NCBI GenBank assembly: GCA_002393065.1
Contig: DGGW01000004.1
Coordinates: 16,461-80,460 of the forward strand
Source: Alphaproteobacteria bacterium UBA3864
GTDB lineage: Bacteria > Pseudomonadota > Alphaproteobacteria > CAAGCB01 > CAG-977
Direction: 5' to 3'
Length of the DNA: 64,000 nucleotides
Positions 26,685-36,422 of this stretch are shown piece by piece. Under the pieces are notes generated by a model, which was not told the origin of the DNA, searched no databases, and saw only the letters and a program-made list of their open reading frames with translations. The translations under genes and the position numbers were made by a program. The stretch's first letter is position 1. Each line of letters begins with the position of its first letter.

Positions 26685-27224
26685 TTACAATGCTGTCCCG
26701 TTTTTCGGCACAAAAAAGCCGGACATATTCACTTTTTCTAACTCCAGTAGTTTGATTTTTTTTGTTATTCCACCCGCATAACCTGTTAGATTGCCTTTCG
26801 TTCCCACGACACGATGACAGGGAATAATCAATGAAATAGAATTATGCCCGACAGCCCCGCCAACCGCTTGCGCCGACATCTGTTTAATGCCTTTTTCTCT
26901 GGCGATTTTATCGGCAATCTGTCCATAAGTCATCGTTTGCCCGAATGGAATTGTAAGCATAATTTCCCATACTCTCTTTCTAAAAGGTGTTGTAAGTATT
27001 TTAAGCGGTGGCGTAAAATCAGGTGTCTGACCGCTAAAATAAATATCAAGCCACCTATCAGCCTTTTCAAAAACAGGCAAATCTTTTTCTGGCGCATTTT
27101 CATCTATTGTATCTGCGAAAAACTTCTGTCCATCAAACCACAAACCGATTAGGTATCTTCCCTCGCTTGCCACTGTTATACCACCAAGCGGTGATTGATA
27201 ATGATGTATATAGTTATTTATCAC
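26685..27224 (-). CDS. ogt: methylated-DNA--protein-cysteine methyltransferase
   Basis: 179 aa. Active-site motif IPCHRVV; upstream helix-turn-helix YGQIADKIAREKG. Confidence 0.85.
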   Translation of the reverse strand: MINNYIHHYQSPLGGITVASEGRYLIGLWFDGQKFFADTIDENAPEKDLPVFEKADRWLDIYFSGQTPDFTPPLKILTTPFRKRVWEIMLTIPFGQTMTYGQIADKIAREKGIKQMSAQAVGGAVGHNSISLIIPCHRVVGTKGNLTGYAGGITKKIKLLELEKVNMSGFFVPKNGTAL

Positions 27225-27394
27225 GTATATTTTTCCTTTTTTATTTATTATATTTGATATAAGTATTTGATATTAAAAATCTTTGTCAATATAAAATGTT
27301 TGTTCGTAAATAATTATTATAAGGTGTTCAGCCGGGGAACGCTGTGCGATTCCGGCCTGATTTCCGATACGGGAACGGCGGAAATACGGTAAAA

Positions 27395-28018
27395 TCACCG
27401 TCGAATATGCAGATAAATCAACGGGATACTGATCAGGGAAATGGCGTACTTAACGATAAAGTTGAACATAAAAATCTGCCAAATAATGTCCCAACCGTAT
27501 GTTCCGGCAAAGGCGCCGACGCAAAAAATCGCGTTATCGACAGGAATGCTGACGGTGTTGCTGACAAAAACACGCCCCCATTTACGCCTTTCACCAAACC
27601 GCTTTTCATAAACGTGATAGACTTCCGTATCGACCAGTTCACTGACCAGTTGAGCCAATAAGGAAAAAGCAACGATACGCCAAACCGGCGCCAGACAATC
27701 GTTGAACGCCACCGAAGCCGACGATGACGGATTGGACGGAAACAAAGCGACGAACGCGAAATAACCGGACATCAGCAAATTCAGAAAAACGGCGAAATAA
27801 ATGCATTTTCGCGTCATTTCTCTGCCCAGTTCGCGATGCATCAGATCGCGCAAAGTAAATGTCAGCGGATAGAGAAACACGCCCATATCGACCGCATAGC
27901 CGAAAATAAATCCGACTTTAATGCTGCTGATGTTTGAAATCAGTTGCAACGCGACATAAGACAAAGAAACAAACAAAGCCACGGACGTCATTTTATTCAC
28001 TATAACGTTTTTAAACAA
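27395..28018 (-). CDS. queuosine-precursor transporter (YhhQ/VUT family, DUF165)
   Basis: 207 aa, six predicted TM helices. Motifs FIFGYAVDMGVFLYPLTFTLRDL and IPVDNAIF are typical of YhhQ. Confidence 0.7.
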   Translation of the reverse strand: MFKNVIVNKMTSVALFVSLSYVALQLISNISSIKVGFIFGYAVDMGVFLYPLTFTLRDLMHRELGREMTRKCIYFAVFLNLLMSGYFAFVALFPSNPSSSASVAFNDCLAPVWRIVAFSLLAQLVSELVDTEVYHVYEKRFGERRKWGRVFVSNTVSIPVDNAIFCVGAFAGTYGWDIIWQIFMFNFIVKYAISLISIPLIYLHIRR

Positions 28019-28061
28019 AAAAAAGAAACGTCCGGCGGAAAATCATCCGTTTTTTTAATTC

Positions 28062-28682
28062 TTACCGTTCCGAACGCGCAGCGCGAGCTTTTTCCAAAAC
28101 GGCCATTCCCGTTTCGATCCGTTTCAGCGTCGATACCGCCGGTTGCCACCCGAAACGCAATCCGTAGCGTTTTTTCAGGCTTTCCATTGATTGCTGCGCC
28201 TGCGTGTTTTTAACGCCCGTTCGCAGGACCCGCAGATAATCGTTGATGTCATCGACGTTATACTGCGATGTGACGCCGATCAAAGCCCGATAGCTTTCAA
28301 TAAAGTCCTTTCGGTCGTAGTCCAGTTTTTTCAATTCGGGATTCAGCTTGGAGAGCTTGTCGATTTCCTTGTTGACGGCAACCAAAGCCGACGGGATTTC
28401 CGCTTCGAACTTTTGGGCGGACCGGGCTTTGACCGGATCGTCCGATTGCAGATAAGACGACGCGATCGAATACTTTAAAAACGCTTTCCGATAATCGTAT
28501 TCGGCTTCGGCCGGCGTTTTACCGTCCAAAAACTTGTATCGTCCGGCGATTCCCGTCAATCCGGTCATTTCCTCCAACCGGACGGCGTGCGCCGTATATT
28601 TGATAACCCCGTTTTCCTTGTAATGACCGTGACGGTCATACGCGTTTTCGATTTCTTCCGGTGTTTTTACTTCGTTCGTCAT
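28062..28682 (-). CDS. hypothetical protein (no recognisable domain)
   Basis: Start taken at MTNEVKTPEE (28682) after an AAAGAG RBS; the longer ORF to 28733 would swallow the palindrome at 28699-28714. Host-like codon usage. Confidence 0.45.
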   Translation of the reverse strand: MTNEVKTPEEIENAYDRHGHYKENGVIKYTAHAVRLEEMTGLTGIAGRYKFLDGKTPAEAEYDYRKAFLKYSIASSYLQSDDPVKARSAQKFEAEIPSALVAVNKEIDKLSKLNPELKKLDYDRKDFIESYRALIGVTSQYNVDDINDYLRVLRTGVKNTQAQQSMESLKKRYGLRFGWQPAVSTLKRIETGMAVLEKARAARSER

Positions 28683-28698
28683 CTCTTTCGTCCTTTTT

Positions 28699-28714
28699 GT
28701 TTGACTAGTCAAAC
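28699..28714. promoter_or_regulatory. perfect 16-bp palindrome GTTTGACTAGTCAAAC abutting the RBS of the hypothetical gene
   Basis: TTGAC-TA-GTCAA inverted repeat; also contains a TTGACT -35-like hexamer. Confidence 0.3.
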
Positions 28715-28837
28715 TTATAAGTTTCATAAACAAAATTCAAGTAAAAAAAGCAGTTGGGCGAAAATTTTTTACCGACCGCATCCCTTCCCTGCCATCGGAA
28801 AGAGAATCCTTAAAATTCAAGGTGTTATGCTGTTTTC

Positions 28838-29470
28838 TTAAAAAATAAAGCGAAATCCGACGGTTATTTCGTGGAACATATGATCGCGCCGGTCGGTATA
28901 TTGAACGGCATCGGCCTTTTCCTGAAAATCAATTTTATTCAGTATCAAAAATTTATATCCGATATCCAGCCAGGAAGTCGGCGCCACCCGAATCCCCAAT
29001 CCCGCTTTCGCGCTGGCAGCCATGACCGTCGGCTTTCTTTCTTCCAACAGATCGTTGTCGTATTTGATTTCCAAATCCGCCACACCGACGCCGATCCCCA
29101 AATAAGGCCGAAGGTTCCTGTTCGGTCGGAAATCAATATATTCGTTGAGCAGATAGGTTTTGACACGAACTTTTGTTTTATAAATCGTTTCGCCGAATTT
29201 CGCCGGATAAGGATCGTTTTCCAAAACGCTCAACTCCAGCTCCGTTCTGAGCATTGCGCCCTGCACGCCGATGGCCGCTTCAACAACGGAATTGTCCGTA
29301 TGGAAAATTTTTGCCTTGTCTTTGTTCAAACGCAGTCTGGTCATTCCCCGGGAATAACCCGTTCTTGCCGAAAAGTACGTCGCGTAATCGTAATCATTGT
29401 AAGTGGGTCTTGAAAAAGCGGACGAAGCGATTCCCATGACCAAAATCAATACGGAAAAGAACAGTTTCAT
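28838..29470 (-). CDS. outer-membrane beta-barrel protein (OmpA-like / OmpW-like small porin family)
   Basis: Signal peptide MKLFFSVLILVMGIASSAFS, alternating amphipathic beta-strands and a C-terminal aromatic signature ...VGFRFIF. Confidence 0.65.
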   Translation of the reverse strand: MKLFFSVLILVMGIASSAFSRPTYNDYDYATYFSARTGYSRGMTRLRLNKDKAKIFHTDNSVVEAAIGVQGAMLRTELELSVLENDPYPAKFGETIYKTKVRVKTYLLNEYIDFRPNRNLRPYLGIGVGVADLEIKYDNDLLEERKPTVMAASAKAGLGIRVAPTSWLDIGYKFLILNKIDFQEKADAVQYTDRRDHMFHEITVGFRFIF

Positions 29471-29479
29471 CTCTCTACC

Positions 29480-29938
29480 TCACACGGTCAAGCCGTCATA
29501 TCCGCCCGTTTGGCGCAATGCCTCGCCCAAAACGACAGCCCCCGCCAAAGCGACGTTGATCGATCGCGCGTCGGAACGCATCGGAATACGCAATCGCGCA
29601 TCAACGGCCGAATGGACCTTATCGGGCACGCCTGCACTCTCACGTCCTAATATCAATACGTCATTTTGGTTAAAAATAAATTTATGATAAGCCTGTGCTC
29701 CGTGTGTTGTGAGCAAAACAAGCCGTCCGGTTTTCGCGGCGTAAAATTTTTCCCATGAATCCCAGCGCGTTACCCTGACAAAATCAAGATAATCCATGCC
29801 GGCGCGGCGCAAACGCCGGTCGTCGAAGATAAAACCGCACGGTTCGATGATGTCGACCGGCACGTCAAAACACGACGCCAGTCTTAACAACGTTCCCGCA
29901 TTCTGCGGGATATCGGGTTCAAAAAGTGCTAAACGCAC
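29480..29938 (-). CDS. trmL: tRNA (cytidine/uridine-2'-O)-methyltransferase, SpoU/TrmL family
   Basis: 152 aa. SPOUT knot motifs (LILGRESAGVP, SINVALAGAVVL). Confidence 0.8.
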   Translation of the reverse strand: MRLALFEPDIPQNAGTLLRLASCFDVPVDIIEPCGFIFDDRRLRRAGMDYLDFVRVTRWDSWEKFYAAKTGRLVLLTTHGAQAYHKFIFNQNDVLILGRESAGVPDKVHSAVDARLRIPMRSDARSINVALAGAVVLGEALRQTGGYDGLTV

Positions 29939-29950
29939 ACTGAAAAATCC

Positions 29951-31057
29951 TCATACGTTAAACAAGAAATGGCAAATGTCCCCGTCCTGCATGACATAAG
30001 CCTTTCCTTCGGCGCGGAGTTTCCCGCATTCGCGGGCCTTCGCCTCGCTCTTACATTCGATAAAATCCTGATAAGAAATGATTTCGGCGCGAATAAAGCC
30101 GCGTTCGAAATCGGAGTGGATCACGCCGGCTGCCTGCGGCGCCGTCATGCCGTCTTTGATCGTCCAGGCGCGAGACTCCTTCGGTCCCGTCGTAAAGAAC
30201 GTCTTCAGATTCAGCAACTTGTAGCCCGCCGCGATCACACGGTTCAGCCCCGTTTCCGACAAGCCGAGCGTTTCCAGAAAATCCTTCTGTTCGGCGGGAT
30301 CCGTCAGTTGCGCGACTTCGGCTTCGATCGCCGCGGAAACGACGACGGCCTGATTGCCCTCTTTTTCCGCCAATTCGAAAACGCGCTTCGAAAAATCGTT
30401 GCCCGTCGCCGCCGACGCTTCGTCCACGTTGCAAACGTACAAGACGGGCTTCGAGGTCAGCAAAAACAGCTGCTTGTAAATCTTTTCCCGTTCCTCGTCG
30501 CCCGCATAGGAAACGACGCGCGCTGGTTTTCCGGCGTTCAGCGCGTCCAGAACGTCTTTCATGACGCCGTAAACGACTTTGGCGTCCTTTTCGCCGGATT
30601 TGGCTTTCTTTTCAAAAGGAACGATCCGCCGTTCGAGCGAATCAAGGTCGGCGAGCATCAATTCCGTTTCGATCGTCTGCGCGTCGCGGACGGGATCAAT
30701 CGAACCTTCGACGTGCGTGATGTCCGTGTCTTCAAAACAACGCAAGACGTGAACGATCGCGTCGACTTCGCGGATCGACGCCAGAAACTGGTTGCCGAGC
30801 CCTTCCCCGCGCGACGCCCCGCGGACAAGCCCCGCGATGTCGACGAATTCAAGCTGGGTGAAGATCGTCTGCTTCGATTCGGACAGCTTCGTCAGCACGT
30901 CCAGACGGGGGTCCGGAACGGCGACGCGTCCGATATTCGGTTCGATCGTGCAAAACGGATAATTCGCCGCCTGCGCCGCCTGCGTCGACGTCAGCGCGTT
31001 GAACAGCGTCGATTTTCCGACGTTCGGCAATCCGACTATTCCGCAATTAAACCCCAT
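29951..31057 (-). CDS. ychF: ribosome-binding ATPase YchF (Obg-family GTPase)
   Basis: G1 motif GIVGLPNVGKSTLFNALT, TGS-like C-terminus, 368 aa. Confidence 0.9.
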   Translation of the reverse strand: MGFNCGIVGLPNVGKSTLFNALTSTQAAQAANYPFCTIEPNIGRVAVPDPRLDVLTKLSESKQTIFTQLEFVDIAGLVRGASRGEGLGNQFLASIREVDAIVHVLRCFEDTDITHVEGSIDPVRDAQTIETELMLADLDSLERRIVPFEKKAKSGEKDAKVVYGVMKDVLDALNAGKPARVVSYAGDEEREKIYKQLFLLTSKPVLYVCNVDEASAATGNDFSKRVFELAEKEGNQAVVVSAAIEAEVAQLTDPAEQKDFLETLGLSETGLNRVIAAGYKLLNLKTFFTTGPKESRAWTIKDGMTAPQAAGVIHSDFERGFIRAEIISYQDFIECKSEAKARECGKLRAEGKAYVMQDGDICHFLFNV

Positions 31058-31060
31058 GGC

Positions 31061-31639
31061 TCATCCTTTCCCTTTCGACTTGTACACCGCCAGTCTCGAC
31101 GTGAAAGCGGCGGGCCCTTCCTTAAACAGGACAGGCAGTATTTCCGCGACGTCTTCAAAAGTTTCTTTCATGATGTCTTTATCGGCTTTGGCGAATCCCG
31201 TCAAGACCCAATTCACGACTTGCTCCCTGCTTTGCGGGTGACCGACGCCGAAACGCACGCGCGCGTAGTCCGGCGAACAATGTGCGTCGATACTGCGCAA
31301 TCCGTTGTGACCGCCGGCGCCGCCGCCCGTTTTCGCTTTGACTTTGCCGACGGGCAGATCCATGTCGTCGTGAAGAACAACGATTTTTTCGATCGGCAGT
31401 TTGAAAAAATCCATCGCGGCGCGAACGGCTTGTCCCGAGTTGTTCATAAACGTCAACGGCTTTAAAACGACAATTTTTTCGCCGTCGATCGATCCTTCCG
31501 CCGTTTCGCCGTTAAAACGCTTTTTCCAACCGGAAAAATTATAGCGACGGACGAATTCGTCCGCCGCCATAAATCCGGCATTATGCCGCGTGTTTTCGTA
31601 CTCCGTCCCGGGATTGCCGAGACCCGTCAGCAAAAACAT
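31061..31639 (-). CDS. pth: peptidyl-tRNA hydrolase
   Basis: N-terminus MFLLTGLGNPGTEYENTRHNAGF with the catalytic His. Confidence 0.9.
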   Translation of the reverse strand: MFLLTGLGNPGTEYENTRHNAGFMAADEFVRRYNFSGWKKRFNGETAEGSIDGEKIVVLKPLTFMNNSGQAVRAAMDFFKLPIEKIVVLHDDMDLPVGKVKAKTGGGAGGHNGLRSIDAHCSPDYARVRFGVGHPQSREQVVNWVLTGFAKADKDIMKETFEDVAEILPVLFKEGPAAFTSRLAVYKSKGKG

Positions 31640-31650
31640 CCGCGACAGCC

Positions 31651-32292
31651 TTATTTCTTCGCGTCGGCCGCAGGAGCCGCTTCGGCGGCGGGCGCCGCTT
31701 CAGCCGCAGAAGCCGCTTCAGATTCGTCGGAAGCCGGAGCCGCGATCGCCGCGATCGTAACGCTTTCGTCCTCGACGGGTTTGACACCGGCGGGGAACTT
31801 GACATCGCCCATCTTGACGACGTCACCCATGTTCAATCCGGACAGATCGACCGTCAGAACTTCGGGAATGTCCTTCGGTTTGCAGGAAACCATGATTTCA
31901 CGATAAATCGCGTTCAGCACGCCGCCCATCTTCATGCCCGGGCAGGCGGCTTCGTTATCGTACATGACCGGAATTTCGATCTGCAGTTCGGTGTTGGCGG
32001 AAACGCGCAGGAAATCGATGTGAATCGGACGATCCGTGATCGGATGGGTCTGAATGTCCTGGCAAATCGCGTGCACCTTTTGATTGCCGACGTTAATTTC
32101 GAACAAGCGGGTCCAAAAACCCTTCTGCCGCATTTGAGCATCCAGATCCAGAGCGGAAATGGAGAACATCACGGGCGTTTCTTTTTCGCCGTAAATGACA
32201 CCGGGAATGAACCCCGCGCGACGTTCGGCACGAGCCGCCCCCTTACCTGCCGTTTTGCGTTCGTTAACGCGAATAGAAGCTGTTTTAGCCAT
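31651..32292 (-). CDS. rplY: 50S ribosomal protein L25 / general stress protein Ctc
   Basis: N-terminal L25 domain (RAERRAGFIPGVIYG), beta-barrel Ctc extension and an Ala/Glu-rich tail. pth-ychF sit downstream as usual. Confidence 0.9.
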   Translation of the reverse strand: MAKTASIRVNERKTAGKGAARAERRAGFIPGVIYGEKETPVMFSISALDLDAQMRQKGFWTRLFEINVGNQKVHAICQDIQTHPITDRPIHIDFLRVSANTELQIEIPVMYDNEAACPGMKMGGVLNAIYREIMVSCKPKDIPEVLTVDLSGLNMGDVVKMGDVKFPAGVKPVEDESVTIAAIAAPASDESEAASAAEAAPAAEAAPAADAKK

Positions 32293-32425
32293 TTTTTTGA
32301 TCCTTTATTTTAAAATCACAAGCGGCCGGCCTCCAGGGGTGCCGACACGCGTTTTTGTTATTACAGCATTTTTTTATCGAAATCAACAGGTTTTATCGAC
32401 TTTTTCAAGCTTTTCCGCAGATATG

Positions 32426-32460
32426 AAAAAAGCGCCCCCGAAGGAGCGCTTTTCCGTTTT
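32426..32460 (-). terminator. terminator hairpin (AGCGCCCC-CGAA-GGAGCGCT) with flanking A/T runs after the lipoprotein gene
   Basis: Stem with one mismatch. The T-tract reads on both strands, so it may act bidirectionally. Confidence 0.45.
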
Positions 32461-32462
32461 CA

Positions 32463-32981
32463 TCACAAGGACTGGGAAAGAACGATTTTGATTTTCTTTC
32501 CGCCTTTGACGGAAAGCTTCGACATGACGGTTCCGCCTTCGGTCTGGTCTTCCGGATCGTCCGGATTGCCCCAAACGATTTTCGTAACCGCATAGTAATC
32601 GCCGTCGGCGACGTCTTCGAACAGGAATTTCCCTTCAACGTCGCAGAACGTTTTTTTGCTCAATTTATAAAACTGCTCTTCATCGGGAATGAAAGCCAGC
32701 TGTTTCGTGATTTCCCGACCGCCGCGTTCGGCGTTGCCGTACTGATGTTTGATCCGTTCCTCGGCATACTTCGTCGCCGGATAAAGGGTGACCTGATAAC
32801 CGGCGCAGGTCTGAACGTGACCGTTCTTTTCACGCCAAAGGGCGGAACCTTCGATCGTGTTTTTTCCTTCCTTCATTTGTTTTCCGGCCTGTTCCGCGTC
32901 GAATTTTTCGGTCAGCATGACCGGATCCGCGGCGCAGGAGCACAAGACCAGCAAAGCGGCCGCCAAACATGATTTTTTCAT
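32463..32981 (-). CDS. hypothetical periplasmic lipoprotein
   Basis: MKKSCLAAALLVLCSCAAD lipoprotein signal; 172 aa; no recognisable domain. Confidence 0.5.
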   Translation of the reverse strand: MKKSCLAAALLVLCSCAADPVMLTEKFDAEQAGKQMKEGKNTIEGSALWREKNGHVQTCAGYQVTLYPATKYAEERIKHQYGNAERGGREITKQLAFIPDEEQFYKLSKKTFCDVEGKFLFEDVADGDYYAVTKIVWGNPDDPEDQTEGGTVMSKLSVKGGKKIKIVLSQSL

Positions 32982-33157
32982 AAGTTTCTTCCTCCCATCG
33001 GAAATTATTAAAATCTGTCATCCGCCGACAAAACGAGGGCTGTCAGGCTTCCGCCGCTTTGCCTATGACCGTATGATGATATCCGATGAGCTTTCGCGCT
33101 TCAAACAAAAAAGCCGCTTTCCAGAAAGAAAAGCGGCTTTTCGGGAAAGATTGAAAC

Positions 33158-34090
33158 TTAATAGAACAGGCTGGTGACCGAGCGTTCTTCGCTGATGCGC
33201 AGGATCGATTCGCCGACCAGTTCCGCCACCGAAACGATGCGGATGTTGCGCGCGTTCTTGACCGCTTCGTTCGCGGCGATCGTGTCCGTGATGACCAGCG
33301 ATTCCAGCGGGGAAGCCGTCACGCGGTTCACCGCTTCGCCCGACAAGACGCCGTGCGTCACATAAGCGTGGACGGAATTGGCGCCGGCTTCTTTCAGCGC
33401 GATCGCGGCGTTGCACAGCGTTCCCGCCGAATCGACAATGTCGTCGACCAGAATACAGTCCTGACCTTTGACGTCGCCGATGATGTTCATGACTTCCGAA
33501 ACGCCGGCGCGTTCGCGGCGTTTGTCGATGATCGCCAGATCGGCGTGCAGACGCTTGGCGATCGTGCGGGCGCGAACGACGCCGCCGACGTCCGGCGAAA
33601 CGATCATCGGGGTTTTGTCGCGGAAATGATACATAATGTCTTTAACGATGACGGGCGCCGCCATCAGGTTGTCGACCGGAATGTCGAAGAATCCCTGAAT
33701 CTGTCCCGCGTGAAGGTCCATCGTCACAACGCGGTTGGCGCCGGCGGAAACGATCAGGTTCGCCACCAGTTTAGCGGAAATCGGCGTGCGCGGCGCGGAA
33801 CGGCGGTCTTGACGGGCGTAACCGAAATACGGAACGACGGCGGTGATCCGGCGTGCCGACGACCGGCGGAACGTGTCGAGCATGATCAACAGCTCCATCA
33901 GGTTGTCGTTCACGGGCGAGCTGGTCGGCTGAACGATAAAAACATCCTGTCCGCGCACGGTTTCCTGAACTTCGACGAACACTTCGTTATCCGCGAACCG
34001 GCGAACGGAACATTTTGACAGCGTCGTGTCCATATAGTTCGCAACCGCCTGCGCAAACGGAATGTTGCTGTTACCCGAAAAAATTTTCAT
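33158..34090 (-). CDS. prs: ribose-phosphate pyrophosphokinase
   Basis: Start MKIFSGNSN at 34090. PRPP-binding loop [12 protein letters not shown]. The upstream part of the six-frame ORF lies in a noncoding spacer. Confidence 0.9.
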   Translation of the reverse strand: MKIFSGNSNIPFAQAVANYMDTTLSKCSVRRFADNEVFVEVQETVRGQDVFIVQPTSSPVNDNLMELLIMLDTFRRSSARRITAVVPYFGYARQDRRSAPRTPISAKLVANLIVSAGANRVVTMDLHAGQIQGFFDIPVDNLMAAPVIVKDIMYHFRDKTPMIVSPDVGGVVRARTIAKRLHADLAIIDKRRERAGVSEVMNIIGDVKGQDCILVDDIVDSAGTLCNAAIALKEAGANSVHAYVTHGVLSGEAVNRVTASPLESLVITDTIAANEAVKNARNIRIVSVAELVGESILRISEERSVTSLFY

Positions 34091-34110
34091 GTCTTTCCCC
34101 ATGGTTAAAG

Positions 34111-34875
34111 TTAAAACAACCTGTCGTCCAACAGACCGATGACCGATATCTGCCGTCCGCATTGGCGACCTTTTTGCGACGAGCGGCGATACGAAAAGTA
34201 TTCGCTTTCCAAAGCGTACGTATCTTCGTTCACCCACTCCCCGCTGCCGATTCCCAGCCGTTCCAGCCGCGCCAGAACGAAACCGGGCAGGTCAAATCGG
34301 TACTTTCCGGATCCGACCGGAACAAAAAACAGGTCGGATTTCAGATCCGCCTGTAAAAATTCGCGGCGCATGTCTTCGCCGACCTCATAGGACTGCGGCG
34401 CGATGCACGGACCAACCAGCGCCGTGATCCGCGAAGCATCCGCCCCCAACGAAAGCATCGTTTTGACGGTGTTTTCCAAAATCCCGCCGAAAGCGCCGCG
34501 CCATCCCGCATGCGCCGCCGCGACGACGCCGGCTTCCTCGTCCGCCAACAAGACGGGCGCGCAATCCGCCGTTTTAATGCCCAGACACACGTTCGGCACT
34601 TTCGTGACCAAAGCGTCGGCAAAAGGCGTTTTGGCAAAAGGTTCGTTACGGTCGATGACGACGACGTCGGTCGAATGATGCTGGTGCAGGACGAACAGCT
34701 TTTCGACCGTGACACCGCAGTGTTTAGCGACCCTGCGCATATTTTCGCGAACTTTGGCGGGATCGTCCCCGGCTCTGATCGAACAGTTCAAAGAGGCGAA
34801 ATCGCCTTCGGAAACGCCGTTTTTCCGCGTAAAGAACCGAGCCCTGACATTTTCGGCAAAATGAATCCGCGTCAT
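34111..34875 (-). CDS. pgeF: peptidoglycan editing factor PgeF (YfiH / DUF152 purine-nucleoside-phosphorylase-like)
   Basis: Start MTRIHFAEN at 34875 with a GAGGAGGG RBS; ATGA overlap with the upstream stop. Conserved H/C/H residues of the YfiH family ([20 protein letters not shown]). Confidence 0.8.
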   Translation of the reverse strand: MTRIHFAENVRARFFTRKNGVSEGDFASLNCSIRAGDDPAKVRENMRRVAKHCGVTVEKLFVLHQHHSTDVVVIDRNEPFAKTPFADALVTKVPNVCLGIKTADCAPVLLADEEAGVVAAAHAGWRGAFGGILENTVKTMLSLGADASRITALVGPCIAPQSYEVGEDMRREFLQADLKSDLFFVPVGSGKYRFDLPGFVLARLERLGIGSGEWVNEDTYALESEYFSYRRSSQKGRQCGRQISVIGLLDDRLF

Positions 34876-35552
34876 GATCCGCCCTCCTCTTTCGAACGAA
34901 CCGCTTCTTTCAGTTCCTCGACCGTTTCGATCAACTTGGTTTCGAGCCGTTCCTGTTTTTCCCCGATCTTTTCGATCTTCCGTTCGATTCGCCGCTGTTT
35001 TTCCGTCAACCGCTTTTCCAACGTGGCCCGTCTGTGTTTCAAGAAACGAATCGTCCAGGCGTACGACGCCCAGGAACACACGATCATCCACGGCACACAG
35101 CCGATCGACATCGCGACGCCCCAATCCTTAACCAGAAAAGCGCATAAAGCCTTGGTCGCTTCCCACAAGCCTTCTTCGCTCATCACGTTTTTAATCATGC
35201 CGTAAAATTTGGCGTATCCCGTTCTTTGTTCGAAAGAACCGGTCATCAGTTTGCCGGTCAGGTAAAAAGTGTAATAAATCGGCGGCATCGTAAAAACATT
35301 CGTCACCCAGTTCCACGCGATCGCGACGGGCAGACTGAACCGCCATTTGAACAGCTTTCGGGCGCCGAGCCAAATCATAAAGGTCAGATACATCTGTATG
35401 CCGACCAAAGGCGTCATCGCCACCGCCATTCCGACCAAGGAACCGCGCGCGATGACTTCGGGTTTTTCCTTTGACCGGACCATCGGCGCGATCACTTTGA
35501 CCCGAAACAGCAAAACAAGTGTTTTTGAAAGACCCCTTCTTCTGAACGACAT
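34872..35552 (-). CDS. DUF2062-family membrane protein with C-terminal coiled coil
   Basis: N-terminus MSFRRRGLSKTL...PEVIARGSLVGMAVAMTPLVG matches the DUF2062 signature; three TM helices; Lys/Glu-rich tail. Confidence 0.55.
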   Translation of the reverse strand: MSFRRRGLSKTLVLLFRVKVIAPMVRSKEKPEVIARGSLVGMAVAMTPLVGIQMYLTFMIWLGARKLFKWRFSLPVAIAWNWVTNVFTMPPIYYTFYLTGKLMTGSFEQRTGYAKFYGMIKNVMSEEGLWEATKALCAFLVKDWGVAMSIGCVPWMIVCSWASYAWTIRFLKHRRATLEKRLTEKQRRIERKIEKIGEKQERLETKLIETVEELKEAVRSKEEGGS

Positions 35553-35604
35553 GGACGCCTCGTTAAATCACCGCTTTACTGATAACAGACTTTGACACCG
35601 GAGT

Positions 35605-36411
35605 CTAAACCTTTTTCGCACTCCACAGCATCATGATCAATCCGATAAGCAGCATCGGCAACGTCAGCAGCTGCCCCATCGTGACCCGCGCGAACAAAAA
35701 TCCGATTTGCGGATCCGGTTCGCGGAAGTTTTCCAAAATGAACCGCGCGACGGCGTATCCCGTCAGGAACATCCCCGACGTAAAGCCCGGACGGATGCGG
35801 ATCCACACGCTTTTCGTCCATGACGTATAAAGCAGGACAAACAGCAGAACGCCTTCGAAAAGAGCTTCGTACAGCTGGCTCGGATGACGGGGGATCGGAC
35901 CGCCGTTCGGGAAAATCACCGCCCACGGGACGGAGGTCGTGACGCGACCGTACAGTTCGGCGTTGACGAAGTTCGCCAGACGGCCGAAAAACAAACCTAT
36001 CGGCGCGACGCAAGCCATCAGATCGGCGATTTCGAAAAACCCGACTTTGACCTTTCGGGCGAAAATCCACGTCGCGACGATAACGCCCAACAGTCCGCCG
36101 TGGAACGACATGCCGCCGTGCCAAAGTTCAAGGATCTGCAACGGATTTTCCATATAATAATTGAAATTATAAAACAGAACGTATCCGATTCGCCCGCCCA
36201 GAATGATCCCGAGCGTTATCCAGAAACAGACATCGTCCAACATCGGAACGGTCACGGCCGACGGATAACGCGTGATCATGCGGCGGATCAGCCACCATCC
36301 GGCCAGAATGCCGAACAGATACGCCAACGAATACCAACGCAAACCGAAAGAGCCGATATAAACGGCCACCGGATCGATTGTCGGAAAGGTGATTCCGCTG
36401 TAAACGGTCAT
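35605..36411 (-). CDS. lgt: prolipoprotein diacylglyceryl transferase
   Basis: 268 aa. Lgt signature (HGGMSFHGGLLG) and conserved N-terminal SFGLRWYSLAYLFGIL. Confidence 0.9.
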   Translation of the reverse strand: MTVYSGITFPTIDPVAVYIGSFGLRWYSLAYLFGILAGWWLIRRMITRYPSAVTVPMLDDVCFWITLGIILGGRIGYVLFYNFNYYMENPLQILELWHGGMSFHGGLLGVIVATWIFARKVKVGFFEIADLMACVAPIGLFFGRLANFVNAELYGRVTTSVPWAVIFPNGGPIPRHPSQLYEALFEGVLLFVLLYTSWTKSVWIRIRPGFTSGMFLTGYAVARFILENFREPDPQIGFLFARVTMGQLLTLPMLLIGLIMMLWSAKKV

Positions 36412-36422
36412 TTCAGTTCTCC

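Larger units (their letters stand above)
26157..27340. other. AT-rich (~40% GC) islet carrying ogt, adjacent to tRNA-Pro
   Basis: An abrupt composition drop; the ogt codons are strongly A/T-ending unlike the flanking genes. Confidence 0.55.

Noticed and set aside
29969-31465. 498-aa plus-strand ORF spanning ychF and pth
   Set aside because: Antisense to two highly conserved genes; Arg-rich low-complexity product.
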